A stretch of DNA of 63,671 bases, the filler included, from Phoronis australis (Eukaryota > Animalia > Phoronida), in assembly GCA_002633005.1 (NCBI GenBank). It is 8 parts of 8 records of this genome, joined end to end, with 100 filler letters (N's around TTAATTAATTAA, not from the genome) between each part and the next. Parts side by side here need not be neighbours in the genome. Positions count along the whole stretch, not along the records: positions 50,462 to 53,515 come from NMRA01003253.1; positions 53,616 to 59,829 come from NMRA01000013.1; positions 59,930 to 63,671 come from NMRA01002860.1; 5 more parts are not named here. One strand, written 5' to 3'. Below are positions 51,106 to 63,671 of this stretch, one piece after another. The notes beneath the pieces were generated by a model. It did no database searches and was not told the origin of the DNA. It saw nothing but the letters and a program-made list of their open reading frames with translations. The position numbers and the translations under genes are program-made. Numbering within the stretch: position 1 is the stretch's first letter; every line of letters starts with the position of its first letter.

Positions 51106-53220
51106 TTTTGCCTCACTGGTATGCCGCGGCTAATCAAGGCTTGCTGCCAAAATTTGGTAACGTATTGGTAAGATCATTGCGCGACGACTGATGAAGTAGG
51201 AACGAAAAATAAATAATTTTGCATGACTGAAAATTCAGCAAGGGTCCTGTCTTGTTTTTGAGTGATTTCATTGTTTTTCAGTACAACAAGTACTTTATGG
51301 AGAAACTATCAAATTAACACATAAACCAGTGACTACATAAACGAGGATTGAATAATTGAAGCGATGGAGTAAACAATTGATTTTGTCATGTCTATATTGA
51401 GCACATTTTGGTTAGTCACCAGGTGGCGAGATCGTCTCGACCACTAGTGCGGACTACAAAGTACATAACACATTGGAATGGGATCGGCTTCTTAAATCCA
51501 TTGGCCAAAACTCAAAAAATCCCACTAGCGTTTCTTGTGGTCTCAATATGTCTGTTTTTGCTGGACAGGTACACATAGACGGCCATAGTGACTTTGCGCT
51601 GACGGAAATCGTATCGGGATATCCCCTTTTTCGTTGGCCCGAAAATGACTATGAAATTACTTCTCTGATGCAGACGAACGACGCCTTCATTATGGTAAGA
51701 TCAAGTATAATTCGATTCATTGATTTAGTCGATTTACCAAAGGTTCGGTTGAAATGAACGTTTCCTTCGAAACATGACGCAGCAAAAAGGTGTGGAGAAG
51801 TCAAAGTTTTCTTATAAGGTGTGTCTTCATTTTGAAAACGCTGAAGATTTTCAAACCACCCCAAGTGCAACTCACTGTGCAAGTTTAATTATAAATTTAG
51901 CGTCCAGTACTGAAGGTTGGTGACATGAGATTTATTTCCGGGGCACTTGCGGGTCCCAATTTTTTTCGTCATTTGGAGGCACAGAAGCCTCGGGTGGACA
52001 CAAGGACACTATGTACTCATAATCACGTGATGGCTTCTGTTTTGTTTCAGTCAGCAGCTGGTACAGGAATGTTCAATAAAGTGATATGGGTGTGGCCTAA
52101 ATGGGACAGTGTCAATCATAAGAAATCAGCGGAGGAACTGGCAACCGACATTGGATGGTTCTACAAGAAAGATGGGAAGGGTCAAAAAACAAAGGCCAAA
52201 GATCTCTGTGAATGTTATAGCAATGTTGAGGGTAAATATTTCAGCGAGACGACAGAAGACAAGGGCAGGGTTTGCATGAAATTTGACAGGGAGCAGTTTG
52301 AACCAGGTTCCGATTATCAAGGAGACGAGATGGACGAGACCGAATGTCACACAGGCAAGTCACTTATGACGATTGAGATATTGGATAAGACTTTTTTAGA
52401 TCACCTGAAGGACGGCTTGACGGAAGGAGGCAGCCTCGTTCTTGACATTGACGAGGATTACTTCGGCACAGAGTCTGGTGTAACAGTGCTGACGGATGCA
52501 GGAATTCGGTGGTCTGACATTGAGCAGCTGAATGGACTGTTAATGAGGATGATTTGTCCGGAAACTACCGAAGATGAAAGGTCGGGTGATCGACTGTTAG
52601 CGGACATAGTGAAGCTCGTTATCAAGTTGTGTAAGGATAAAACGTGTGACAATCAGCAGGTGCAGAAATTGGTCGGCATGCTGGTTAAGAAAAGACGGAA
52701 TGAAAAAAATTTGAAATTTTTCTGTAAATCTCATAAGATTACATTTCGTCTAGCAAAACTATTGGGCAGGCAACTGCAGAAAATGACTAAAGAACAACTG
52801 AAAGTCCTAATTGACGTGGGCTTCTGCTCTCGCACAACACCCAAGACTTTCAGTGGTAACGAAGCGGATGGGTACTTCGATAACCAACTTTTTCAAGTTT
52901 GTCATGGTGTCAACGTTCCGAACGAGACAATTGTCATCACGCACACGCCTGACGATTCAGAGACGAAGAGTCGAATGAATCTTCTCGAAGCGATTGTGCT
53001 ACACGACGAAATGCCGATGCCGCGTGTAGTGACCATATGCCGATCTATGCGCGACGGTTACACACCCAAGAAGTATTTCCACAAAATAGAAGCCGGAGTC
53101 CTTGACATAGTCAAACGAAAGCTTGCGGACCATAATTACAAACTGAAGTATGACATTGATTTGTTAGGAGGTGCGAACGGGTGGCCAGGAAGACATGACC
53201 TTTGGCTTAACAAACTGTAA
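51106..53220 (+). CDS. UPF0489 (C5orf22-like) family protein, 5' end missing
   Basis: Exons 51106-51167 (LPHWYAAANQGLLPKFGNVL), 51569-51694 (VHIDGHSD...NDAFIM) and 52051-53220 (VIWVWPKW, LVLDIDEDYF, VVTICRSMRDGYTP). The motif order matches UPF0489. Confidence 0.82.
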
Positions 53221-53615
53221 CCCTAGTCGTTTTATGGTTTAGTCACGTACTAACCAATTATAATACACAGCAATGTCGGAACAAAGAATTCTGGGTACTT
53301 ATGATCTTATTATAACATCTCAAATCACGCATCCAAAATGTATTTTTGATTCATTACCACCTTTACAGTTTAACTAAAACAAGTGCCATTCAGTAAATTC
53401 AACATTTTTCCCGTTTTGTGAAACAACGACAAAAAGCAGTTTTTACTGCAATAGATTAATTCCAAAAATGTGTGTTTGTGTCATGGTTATTCTACCAAGA
53501 AAACTCCAAAGCCTTNNNNNNNNNNNNNNNNNNNNNNNNNNNNNNNNNNNNNNNNNNNNTTAATTAATTAANNNNNNNNNNNNNNNNNNNNNNNNNNNNN
53601 NNNNNNNNNNNNNNN

Positions 53616-53985
53616 CTGTGACATGTATTGAATCATATGGAATTGGTTTTGTGTGGTACCTCGAATGTATGTGCTAGCTCATTTTTGGGGGGTCCTTTTT
53701 TGGTTTCTGCCGGACCCATTCCAGAGTGCAATTTGTCTGTCATGGGTCATTCGGTGTTCAGTGCGGTGTTATTGTTCGTTTTAAATCAGTTTTGATTGGT
53801 ACCTCGAACATCTAGTCTAGCTCATTTTTTGGGGTCTTTTTAAGGCCCCCAGGGGTCACACCCAGAGTGCAGACAACGGCAGACGTCCATTTCTGTACAT
53901 ACTGAGGTGGACTTTAAATGCTCCCGTGGTCAGATGTTGGTACCTCGTTCATCTATGCTAAGTGCTCTGGGCTGCCGATCTAGAA
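53616..53985. mobile_element. Interspersed repeat with internal subrepeats
   Basis: GGTACCTCGAA...CTAGCTCATTTTT.GGGG...CCAGAGTGCA is repeated. The 3' part matches 50462-50570. Confidence 0.6.
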
Positions 53986-54294
53986 CTTCAATCATATCAC
54001 ACTTTTTGTTACCTGACATCAACACAGACTGTATGGGAAAGTAAGGACCTTGTCACACAAAAGTAATTCTCAGAGATCTCAAAAATGGGAAAAAAGCAAA
54101 TTAAGGAATTTATTAAGAATTGTACATGGACAGTATCGAACTCGAGATCTTTTTTGGAAAAAGTTGCCTGTTAAACCAGTCTCCATAATCCAGTCCCTTT
54201 CAACAAGATACTAAAACAGGCATTGACATTCTAAAGACAGGAACTTTGCACTGGCAACAAAAGTTCTGAATACTGAAGGTGTCAGTCAGCTTAC

Positions 54295-57200
54295 CCGAAG
54301 GATCATAGTAAATATCTTCTTCAGGAACCTCCCACGGAGTAACTATTGTTTGACGTCGGCCGCCTTCACAGTCTTCATACCTAGTGATAAACTGATAAGT
54401 TTGAATGATCCATGCAGTCTGGTAATTAAAAAGGTTAAGCTGAGGTATCAAACTTCAAATTCAAATAAAACAAAACTAATGGCAGTGAAGTCGCATTAAA
54501 ACATCCTATGAACTCAACTCACTTGGCATATCATGTGTAGCTAGAAGTCTATATTACAGAACCAATTGAAAGCAAAGGGTTCACCCCAAATCATGAACCA
54601 AATGAATGGTATTTTAAGATGGTACTACACTTTTCTAGTGAAATTTTACAAAATCTGGCTCCGTGGAAAGACGAGTTGACACATATACTACGTTCTGATG
54701 CAAGTTACATTTGAATAACTGGGCTAGAGTTTAATAACGTTAGGATCTAACTAAAATAGCAAGCCTTCGCCAAATTACGCAAGATGTTGCGGTGTATTTT
54801 CAATTATAGAACACATGGATTTTTCTCACCGCGAGACAGCTACTGAACTCTACCCTGTCCTACAGTGTATTTCACATCATCTCATGGTGAAGCACTGATA
54901 AAACCCAAAGAGCTTCAACTCAAATTTCTTTAATTAGGAAATCACGGGACACATCAGTGACAAGCGAATTGAAATATCTTCATCCATAGTTGGACAATGG
55001 TCTGTGTATTAGGCTTACACAGTTCAGGAAACGTATTTTTAAGTCAAGTGTTGGCCTTAAAGGGAATTTGGGTGCCCTTCGTTTACATAGGTATATCAAT
55101 AGAAGCTGCATAACAATATAATGTTATGTAGCTATATCTTATACGTATTACGTACAATAAACAAATGTCGGAAACCGATTTTTGTCCACGAAAAAGGGTA
55201 ATGCTTGTAAAACTTCGAACATGCAGAAATAATAACATTTACCATTTCTAACTTGTCAGGGTATACAATTTCGTAGAACAGGGGTTGTAAGTGTAAATAG
55301 CAGTTGAACACCTATTACCTCAATTGCCTATATTGCCCTTTTGATTCTCCTTGAACAGTGTGAGACACTTCCTGTTTTCTCAGTGATTTATCAGACACAT
55401 CAGCCCTCTCTGTGGGCAGTTTTGCACCACGACTGGTCGACTTGAATTGGAAACGTTCTTGTGCCAAATTGTTCGTTCGCCTGTCATCACTGTCATCAGA
55501 GGTCGCTAATTTTGGTGAAGAATGTTTAAAATGGCCAAGTTCCTTTACGCGAGCTTGAAGAACTGCAAGCTGCTGATGTAATTCATTGACAGGGTCAGTT
55601 GAACTCTCTTCACTGTTAAAAGCCTTCTCTTGAAGATCTTTCACCTAGAATAAGAAACCTGCCTTTAGGACAAATACATTAAAAGTACCACAGCTTTCAG
55701 CTCAGTCACACTATGTCACAGAAGCACAGTAAGTTTATAGTCCGACTGTTGGAATCAAGGTGCAGCATTTTTGGCTATGGCCACAAAGTTGACTTCCTGT
55801 TTTATGTCATAAAATCAACAAAAAAATAGCAACTTTGAATGGCAAAAATCAGTTTATGTTATCCTCTTTATACACGCTCTTTCAATATGTATTGGGTGAT
55901 TATTTGTTCTCTGCTAGAATAAACAGAGCCTTGCCATTACATTTAGAGGACCGTGGCAAAAGTAATCGGACCATTTTACCCGAAAATCTCTGGCTGCATC
56001 TCGACACATAATATAATAAATAATTGCAGGCGGTCTGATACACGTTGTACCAGACGTGCGCAGGCCTTGCATGTGGGCCCATTGCACTGATCACTTGGAA
56101 ATATTTTTATGCTTTATTAATATATGGTTAAAACCGAGCTGAGGAGCTAGAAACCTGACTCAAGGGTTTAGCAGGGTGACCTGGTGGGACTTGAACCCAC
56201 GACCTCGAGTAAAGAAAGCAGGCACTTACCAACCAGGCCACACTGTCTCCTCTCATCTCGACACAGGTAGAGATTGAAAATTATGCATCAATTTCATATA
56301 ATGCCCAGAAATGTTCATATTCAGAGGTGTATTTTTCATTCCACACATTACTTTTTCATGCAAAACCAATTCTATGTCCCATTTACAGGCCATCAGTTTA
56401 TGTAATCAAATAAGCATGTTCAAAACTGACCCAACAAAATCAAAGTAATGCCCAAGACATTAATGTCTTGGTCCCAATAACTAGCTCCAACACAAAGTTA
56501 GAGATGATCAAATGGCCTCAACTTAAATTACCACTGATCTCTTCCTGGCTCACTGCACCTGAGTAGCATGTGAGCGGTAGTGGCAGGGTAAACTGAACCA
56601 TTTACCTTCAACTCAACATCTTTAAGATCACCAAGCAACGATTTAGTCACCCCAGAGCTCACCGAACTATTTTGTTTTGGTTTCTTGGCAGAAGGTAGTC
56701 GGTGAGGCGTAGCTGAGGACAGAAAAGTATAAAAAAAGTTCAGTACTTTAAGTACCAACACACGACACCATGAAATTTCTCAGGGTTAAGCCCCAAGTAG
56801 CATGTTTGAAAATGTCACTTTCATTTTTTTCTTGTTCCCTAAAAGAGCACCAAAGTGTTATTTTGTAAAAGGTAATTTAAAGACAACTCCAATACAGACA
56901 TTTGTTTTATATGTGTGATAACTTGGCTTAAAAGCTGTGCTGAAAATAATTGATTTGACGCGGTCACAACACATCACTCAAAAATACTACAGTTTGCCCC
57001 AAAGTGGACACATCTTCCAAAATCCCCCATTATATGTCAATCAATTTCAGGCCAGGAATCAGTAGAGAGCACAGAAAAATGCACAATGAAAACTCACGGG
57101 AAAAAGAAGGTGACTCGATCGTTTCATTCCTTGCAAAAACGTGTCCTTGGGCAAACACTGAAATGCCACAGGTTAAAACATAGTGGAAGCAGATTCCCCC

Positions 57201-57441
57201 TAATTAGAAAAACTTCCCAATCAGAAGGTAGACACACCAATCCTATAATGGTAGTAAGGGTCCTACCAGCAGAGATCTACTATCAGGAAGACTACAGCCT
57301 GCCTACCTAACTTGTGGCCAGTTCCTCTGACACAGTCCTTCTGATCCATCAGTGGCTTGAATGTGTCGTCCTCAGTACTCGATTCAATTGTTGTAGCCCT
57401 GGTTCCTCCTGCAGTTACATCCTTGTTGTTAGTAACCCTAC
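54295..57441 (-). CDS. Unidentified protein, four internal exons (disordered plus short coiled coil)
   Basis: Exons 57441-57307, 56712-56606, 55644-55319 and 54380-54295 have canonical splice sites and matching phases (1, 0, 2), with no stops. Contains VNELHQQLAVLQARVKEL. Confidence 0.75.
56009..56253 (-). mobile_element. Full-length tRNA-derived SINE with 12-bp TSD
   Basis: A and B boxes, AT-rich tail, flanked by the direct repeat CATCTCGACACA (55997-56008 and 56254-56265). Confidence 0.9.
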
Positions 57442-59929
57442 CTAAGCAACAGAAAAATTTGTGTTAGTCACACATAGATTTTCGCTCAACCTGGTGGCTC
57501 TAGTTCGGGCACTTCACGCTTCAGATAAGTCAAATTACGCCATGCTTGAAATTAAATCTTGCGGGGTGGTTGGAACCAACCTATGTAAGTTCTACCAGAA
57601 TAAAAATTACGTGTACAGAGTCTAATCTTTTTATTGGAAATCAAACTCGAAATTGTTTTTTGACGTATTCTGTTCTACTTTTGTGCAAACTAATGACACG
57701 TGACCATTAGTCTGCGCTAGAGTACACAATAGCATTCGTGGATAACTTCCCAATCCCAGTTTGCACATAAACTGTCTTACAAAATCTTGTCAGGGATTGT
57801 TTTTAAAATGGTCTACTTTTGCCTATGAGGCTATAAAAAGTACTTTGAATTCATGGCTTTTATGAAAAAATCAAAATAAGGGAAAGTCATCTAAGGAGTA
57901 AGCCTCAAATATCTCGAGAGCGGTAAGTCATATTGGGTTTCATAATGCTGATAGCACTTGAAACGATCTATCCACATACCAAATTTCAGACAGAACCGTC
58001 AAGGGACGTCAAAAATACGAATAACTCAAGAATGGTATGTGCCAGGGTAACAACAAACGGCACACTTCTGATAGCCCGTGAAATGATTTATCTACAGAAT
58101 AAACCCAGAAAAATGCATTTAAAGACAGTAGCACTAAGGCTCCACAAACGAAAATAGTGAAAAATGATTACCACAATGCCGTCTTGCTTTTAATTTTAAT
58201 GAAAAATAATAGGCCTTGAGCTGTTCATGAGACACATATTAAGTGTAAATTGCCCATAGATCTTATAATGTTTATTATTGAAATATGTACATATGACCAT
58301 AGGCCCAAAGTATAACATATAGATTACGTTACAAACTGGATAGTAAATTGTGATGCTTGAGAGCATGGTGGACGAATTTTAGATGCAGGATATCCGGAGT
58401 TCTCATGAGAGATTCAAATTTAGATGTGACAGAATGACAAAAATGATCGCTTAACCCGAAGGTCGTGGTGCGCACTGCAAACTAACACAACATGGTATTC
58501 GTCCTCTACACATCCCGAATTACATAACTCACACAACCTGTGAACAAGGAAACAATGAAAGCACTCTGAAGAGCAACACTTGATGAAATCGAATAAAAAT
58601 TTAAAGATGAGGTGGATGATGATAAAAGATAGCCCTTGACGAGATCGAATTTACAAACCAAATTTGAAAAGGTTCGGTTAAAGAATCGCGGCGCTAGAGC
58701 ACTACAAACACAATTTGAAAAATGGTCGTCATAGCGCCATCTTCTGTCCAATTTCACCCAAAAACATAAATCCTCTGGCTATTGACTAAGTAAGCACTGT
58801 ACATAAATTTCATTAGATCAGATGAAAAACGCGATCTCTAGCACAACTATGATAGCCTAAAGAAGTGCAGGTATAAAGAACTTCAACACATTAAAGAGCA
58901 GTCACCTGAGCAGTAAATTTTGAATATCGCAAAAACGGTTAGTTGCAGCAAGAAATGGATTTCACAATTCTGATACAGGGCTTGGAATGACCAATGACAA
59001 AAAACGCGGAAACTTTTACGGCCCAAAACATGCGCGCTACCCAGCCTTGGAGTAGTCGATGTGAACCTTTCGCCGACAAAAATCGGTAGGACTAAAAAAA
59101 AAACACGTTACCACCATCAGTAGCACGCGTCTGCGTCTTTTTATCTCGTCCATCCACTCCTCCACTCCAACCCCCACACATTTTTGGCTGCACAGCCGTA
59201 GTATTTGTCACCGCGGTTTACAATCACACGAGACGCCATTGAAAATCCCACCACGCTATCCCAGATGCCCCGGCAATGTTGACAATTTACGTTCCTCCGA
59301 AACATAAACAGCAACTTCCGCTTTTCGAGGTGAACTTCGTCGGCAACGCCACGGTAAGAAAGGAATTTGCCGCGGAAATTTTATATCAACTCAGATTTTT
59401 TTTACGCGGAAATGTAATAAAATGGGCGGACAGAACATTTGAAAAAAGTGGAAATCCGCGTTTCCGCGGAAATTTCCAAGCCCTGCTGATAGTGCTTGAA
59501 AAGCTTTACCCACAAACCAAATTTCAAACAGATCCGTCAAGATACGGCACAAAAACTGAGTTATTTGGGGACCAATTGTTGGAAAATCTCGAGTAACTTG
59601 AGAACAGTAAGACCTACAGGAAAACAAATGAGACGCTCCTGATAGCTCTTTCGATGATCTAGCCAAAGAAAAAACGAGAGCGCTCGGAGGAGCGACACTT
59701 GGCGGAACTAATCGAAAAGACAACGATGAGGGAGACGACGACAATCAAGACGATCACGGCGGCAATTATGAATAAGACGATAACACGATAACATTCATGT
59801 GACTAGCGAAGAAATCAAATAGAGAGCAGNNNNNNNNNNNNNNNNNNNNNNNNNNNNNNNNNNNNNNNNNNNNTTAATTAATTAANNNNNNNNNNNNNNN
59901 NNNNNNNNNNNNNNNNNNNNNNNNNNNNN

Positions 59930-60275
59930 CATCTGAAAACGGCAGGATAGCGTCATCTTACTAATAGGTGCCTATATACCAAATTTCATGAAAATTCATT
60001 CAGGACTTTTGAAGATACAAAGGTAAGCGTAAAAAACTAAAATTGCCACTAGGGGGCACACCGGTAGTCGAATCCGTCCGAAAGTTCGCACATGCCATCC
60101 CATTCATGAATGGAACATATGTGCCAAATTTCATGAACGTATGTCAAAGGGTTTTGGAGATAGAGCAGCGGACGCCGGACGCCGCCCGGACGGCCGCACG
60201 GACGGACGGACGGACGGACGGACGGACGTACGGACGGACAGAGATGACAGCATAATGCGTGGTTTCACGAGCATT
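59930..60275. mobile_element. Helentron-associated (HINE/DINE-like) repeat with (ACGG)n microsatellite
   Basis: (ACGG)n at about 60195-60240, followed by the hairpin ATGCGTGGTTTCACGAGCAT and a T-run. AAATTGCCACTAG..CCGGTAGTC is shared with 41180-41240. Confidence 0.55.
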
Positions 60276-60542
60276 TTTTGTCCCTTTATGCTAAATTTAT
60301 CCCTATCCCTTAATGAGTATTTACTAACTGCTACTGTAATTTTTAGTTTTGTTGTAACTTTATCTCACAGTGAAATTTATTCCACAAGATGTGCGCAGGT
60401 AAAACTAGAAGTGATTTTTCCATACTGTAACCGAGGATTTCTCGCCATAATGAAGTGTATCTCTACACTCTTAGGCTTGGCTCCTACAGAGTGGGAGCTA
60501 TGCGACATAGGGCGTCTTGCATTTATTTATGCAACGAGTCCC

Positions 60543-60672
60543 ATGATTATTTATTTTTGGTTGAGCTAAGTTAATCTCATCAATAAGTAAGTCTCTGGTA
60601 TTATGTCTCTACATAAATGATTATTTTTTTGGTTGAGCTCAGTTAATGTCATCAATAAGTAAGTCTCTGGTA
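60543..60672. repeat. About 73-bp tandem duplication
   Basis: ATGATTATT..TTTTGGTTGAGCT.AGTTAAT.TCATCAATAAGTAAGTCTCTGGTA occurs twice. Confidence 0.88.
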
Positions 60673-61334
60673 AGAGTTTTTGCTACTCAAAAAGTACCAA
60701 AAATAGACGGACAAAATGACACAGCTTCCGAAACCATAGCCGATACATTTTAAAAATAAAGAAAAGCAACATGGAGTGCTGCTATGCACCCACCATGTAC
60801 ATCACATGCAGAACAGATACAAAAGATGATCATCATTTTACACAATCCCACTAATTGTATATTTAGTCGACATTTTGAACCCAGTCAAATAAAATTAAAA
60901 ACCCAAAATTGAAAATAATAACAATTACACCAGAACTGCATAGCCCAGTAGATTACTAAGCACTTTGAAAATTATTACCTGCCTATAGACCCTGTCAATC
61001 TTATCCTTTTCAACTCCTCCGGGAACATACAATCGTTATCCGAGTACATGGATTCATTTAAACACATTTTTTCAAAATTTACATACTAAATTGCCCACAT
61101 GCGTTAACTGTCAGAATCGGAAAAAGTTCAAGACCTGACAAATATTTGAAAATGATGTAACTGTGCATTTCCATTCATATTCGTGGGTCCAAATCACACC
61201 ATACCAGTGGCAGGTACCCCACCACTATACATCTGAAAAGGGACCGACGTTCATCCAACATACAACAGACTGAAATAAAAAGTGCAGTGCCCCTACATAC
61301 CAGAAGACACACAACAGACCAATTCATTACTTAC

Positions 61335-61533
61335 TGGCTCTAGTGCCTTGCAGTTGCAAGTTGAGCAAGCCTTTCTTCTTAAGTATAAAGCTGGCGCCAA
61401 TGAACAGACTAGAACTCATAGCCAGTCCAAGCCCAATCCAGAAGTCGTACTCTGACACACCAGTAGCCGCTGTGGACGTCACATTCATGATTGCAGTTGT
61501 ACTTGTGGTTACATTCGCGTGGTCATTACCACT
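61335..61533 (-). CDS. NIPA2: NIPA-family magnesium transporter, one exon (first TM helix)
   Basis: ag|[66 protein letters not shown]|gtaagt. Carries the NIPA2-like signature. Confidence 0.88.
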
Positions 61534-62918
61534 CTGGAAAATAAAAGAACAAATTAATTATAAGAACCAGCACAAGATCATTACCATAAGGTGTACAAAT
61601 ACTCAAAGTAATGAACTACATTGACTTCAATATTTTGTGATATAAAATGGAGTTGAATGTCCTTTCATGATAGAATATGACAGAGGCTGGTATGACATTT
61701 CCACACCTCACTCAGTTAACCCACACTGATTCCTACAAGGGGACACTCAAATCTCCAAGTGTTGACATACATCTTACACCAGTCAAAATTATCAATACCA
61801 TCCTATATCTATATTTACTTGATTAAATTATAGGAAGTTGTATTTTTAATAAAGGTAACATCAGAAACGGTAGCTTTCCTCTTTAATTGCTATCAATATG
61901 TAGCTGTACTTAAGTAATGATGTACTGGAGTGCAAGTCTGAAAAATAGAATATGTCAGCACATTTTTCCCAGAGCTACACTAATAATATGAGACGATCAA
62001 GCAGGCATGTTCAAAGAAAAACTGGTAGATGTGTTCACGTGCAATTTATCCTGTCAGTCCATTCACTACCTTCATACAATCATATCAATCTCAAGAGAAA
62101 GAATGGTTCCATATCATGACGCTATAGTACAAGCCAAAAGTATGCAGTCAAAATGACCCAGAACTCCTCGACCGTTTGCGCAGAGGCCAAATTCACTGTA
62201 GCCTTCCCTGATGTCTGAGAATGAAGGCAAATTAACAGGAAAGTTAATAAAGCTACTAAGCCATTCTGCCATGGTGGTTTTTCCACAATCCACAAAATTA
62301 GCCATAATTACAGCGAGACGGTATTTTGAGTGATATTTTGTGATTACTTTTGCCTTGCATTTAACTATTCCAGAGTGGAAGAAGATGTCTAGGTCCACTT
62401 GCACTTGATAAGCTATACAGCAATACTCAAAATGCAACAGAACCTGACCAAAGCAATGATACGACAGGGAAACAGTCAGAATATAAAATACAATATACAT
62501 TTGGTTTAATGCTCTGGGGGCTTAAATTAGCAGACAAGTGGGGGATGTGGGAGCTTAAAGACCTCGCACCATGCAACATGTAAATTCAACAGTTATTAGG
62601 GTATTAAACATCTTGTAAAGTAGTCATCAGTACCTACAGTGTCATCCTAACAAAAAGTCCATAAAATGCACGCTTGGCAAAATCTGGAAACAATGGATAC
62701 TCCACCATTTTAGATAAATACAGTGAAGTCCAAAGTGAGATTCATTCAGTAATGATTGAATTACAAAACTGTCTATTCAACCATGTTAAGAGTGTTTGAC
62801 AGGGTCAGTAAAACTTAGGTAATCATATACAGAAAAACAAGGTACAATATCAACTAAGTAAAATTGCTGTGTACATTATGGATAAATAGAGAAAATAAAA
62901 ATTTGACCAGGGAAAACT

Positions 62919-63140
62919 ACCGTAAACGTTCGGGTTAACGCTCATGCTCAGTTAACCGCCCACCCCCTACTTTAGGTGAATTTTCGATTTAACCGCCCAC
63001 TGCTCGGTTAAGCGACCCCCTGCGATTTTTTAAGATTTTCAGTTAGGCGCCCACCTCTCGGTTAAGCGCCCATCCCCGACTTTTAAAGAATGAAGATTTA
63101 GCGCCCAGTGCTAAGGAAACGCGCGAATCCCCGACTTTTA
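62919..63140. mobile_element. DNA-transposon terminus with TTAAGCGCCC subterminal repeats
   Basis: Starts TACCGTAAA, followed by about 6 copies of GTTAA(G/C)CGCCCA. Confidence 0.5.
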
Positions 63141-63671
63141 GAAAAAGATCGATGATCAGAATGAGTGCAACGACACCAGGCCTCCGAGACGGTGGTTTAG
63201 CAATGTGAATTGCAATTATACAAGTAACGAGTTATTGTCTATGGTCATGGACTCACTTCAAAATATAATACTTGAACGTTTTTGTCACTTTATTTTCTTC
63301 CCATGTTTTCAAAGTTTAAGAACGCCACCGGCGTCAAAACCTCCGCTTTCAGCGACTTTGTCTGCCACGCTGAGTTTTCGTCTGCAGTGCACTTGATAAA
63401 ACATATATTCGAAAAAATCAGGCCAGAGAAATGAGACAATGGTTAAAAGTACATAGTCACGCCCGTTTCTGATACTTAGGACTGCCGCTATTCTCTTTTG
63501 ATGTGACTTTGTACTGGTGCACGCGCGCAAGTTCCCACACTTTGGAGTGCATGTTACCTTGACACCAACATGTGATTGACAGGCGACTCGTACGTAGGCC
63601 CTACGTGCGTGCTGAATCCCGCCGCTATCTTTGGCCATAAAAACGAGATGCATATTAAAAGAGGCCGTTAT

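Noticed and set aside
51925-52050. N-terminus of the 431-aa ORF as the true start
   Set aside because: This is intronic read-through. The acceptor at 52050 joins upstream exons carrying HIDGHSD.
50462-53985. Direct repeats flanking the UPF0489 gene as LTRs or a cargo-carrying element
   Set aside because: The copies are on different contigs separated by a linker and are ends of an interspersed repeat.
60980-61050. Next NIPA exon (MYSDNDCMFPEELKRIRLTGSIG)
   Set aside because: It lacks the expected GG..YLKEWLWWAG sequence.

Overview
AT-rich, intron-containing animal (probably invertebrate) genomic DNA, not prokaryotic. It is a patchwork of contigs joined by seven identical artificial 100-bp spacers (N44-TTAATTAATTAA-N44), so most genes right of 29.2 kb are fragments. 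Splicing by hand (GT-AG, phase-checked) gives two paralogous secreted C-type lectins on the minus strand around the 3' exons of CENP-K, and a complete UXT gene head-to-head with EMC3 exon 1. It also gives partial MAM-domain, FTSJ1/TRM7, PTP-like, UPF0489 (C5orf22-like), NIPA-type and unidentified genes. Repeats include Penelope, Copia and LINE remnants, a tRNA-derived SINE, MITEs, a spliced SAP/YqaJ-nuclease relic and minisatellites. The most unusual items are the lectin pair (EDC->EDY in both, second inner Cys also lost in the complete copy, no EPN/QPD motif, one with a His-rich N-terminus) and a Cys-rich UPF0489 protein. Family assignments come from recalled motifs; no database search was run.
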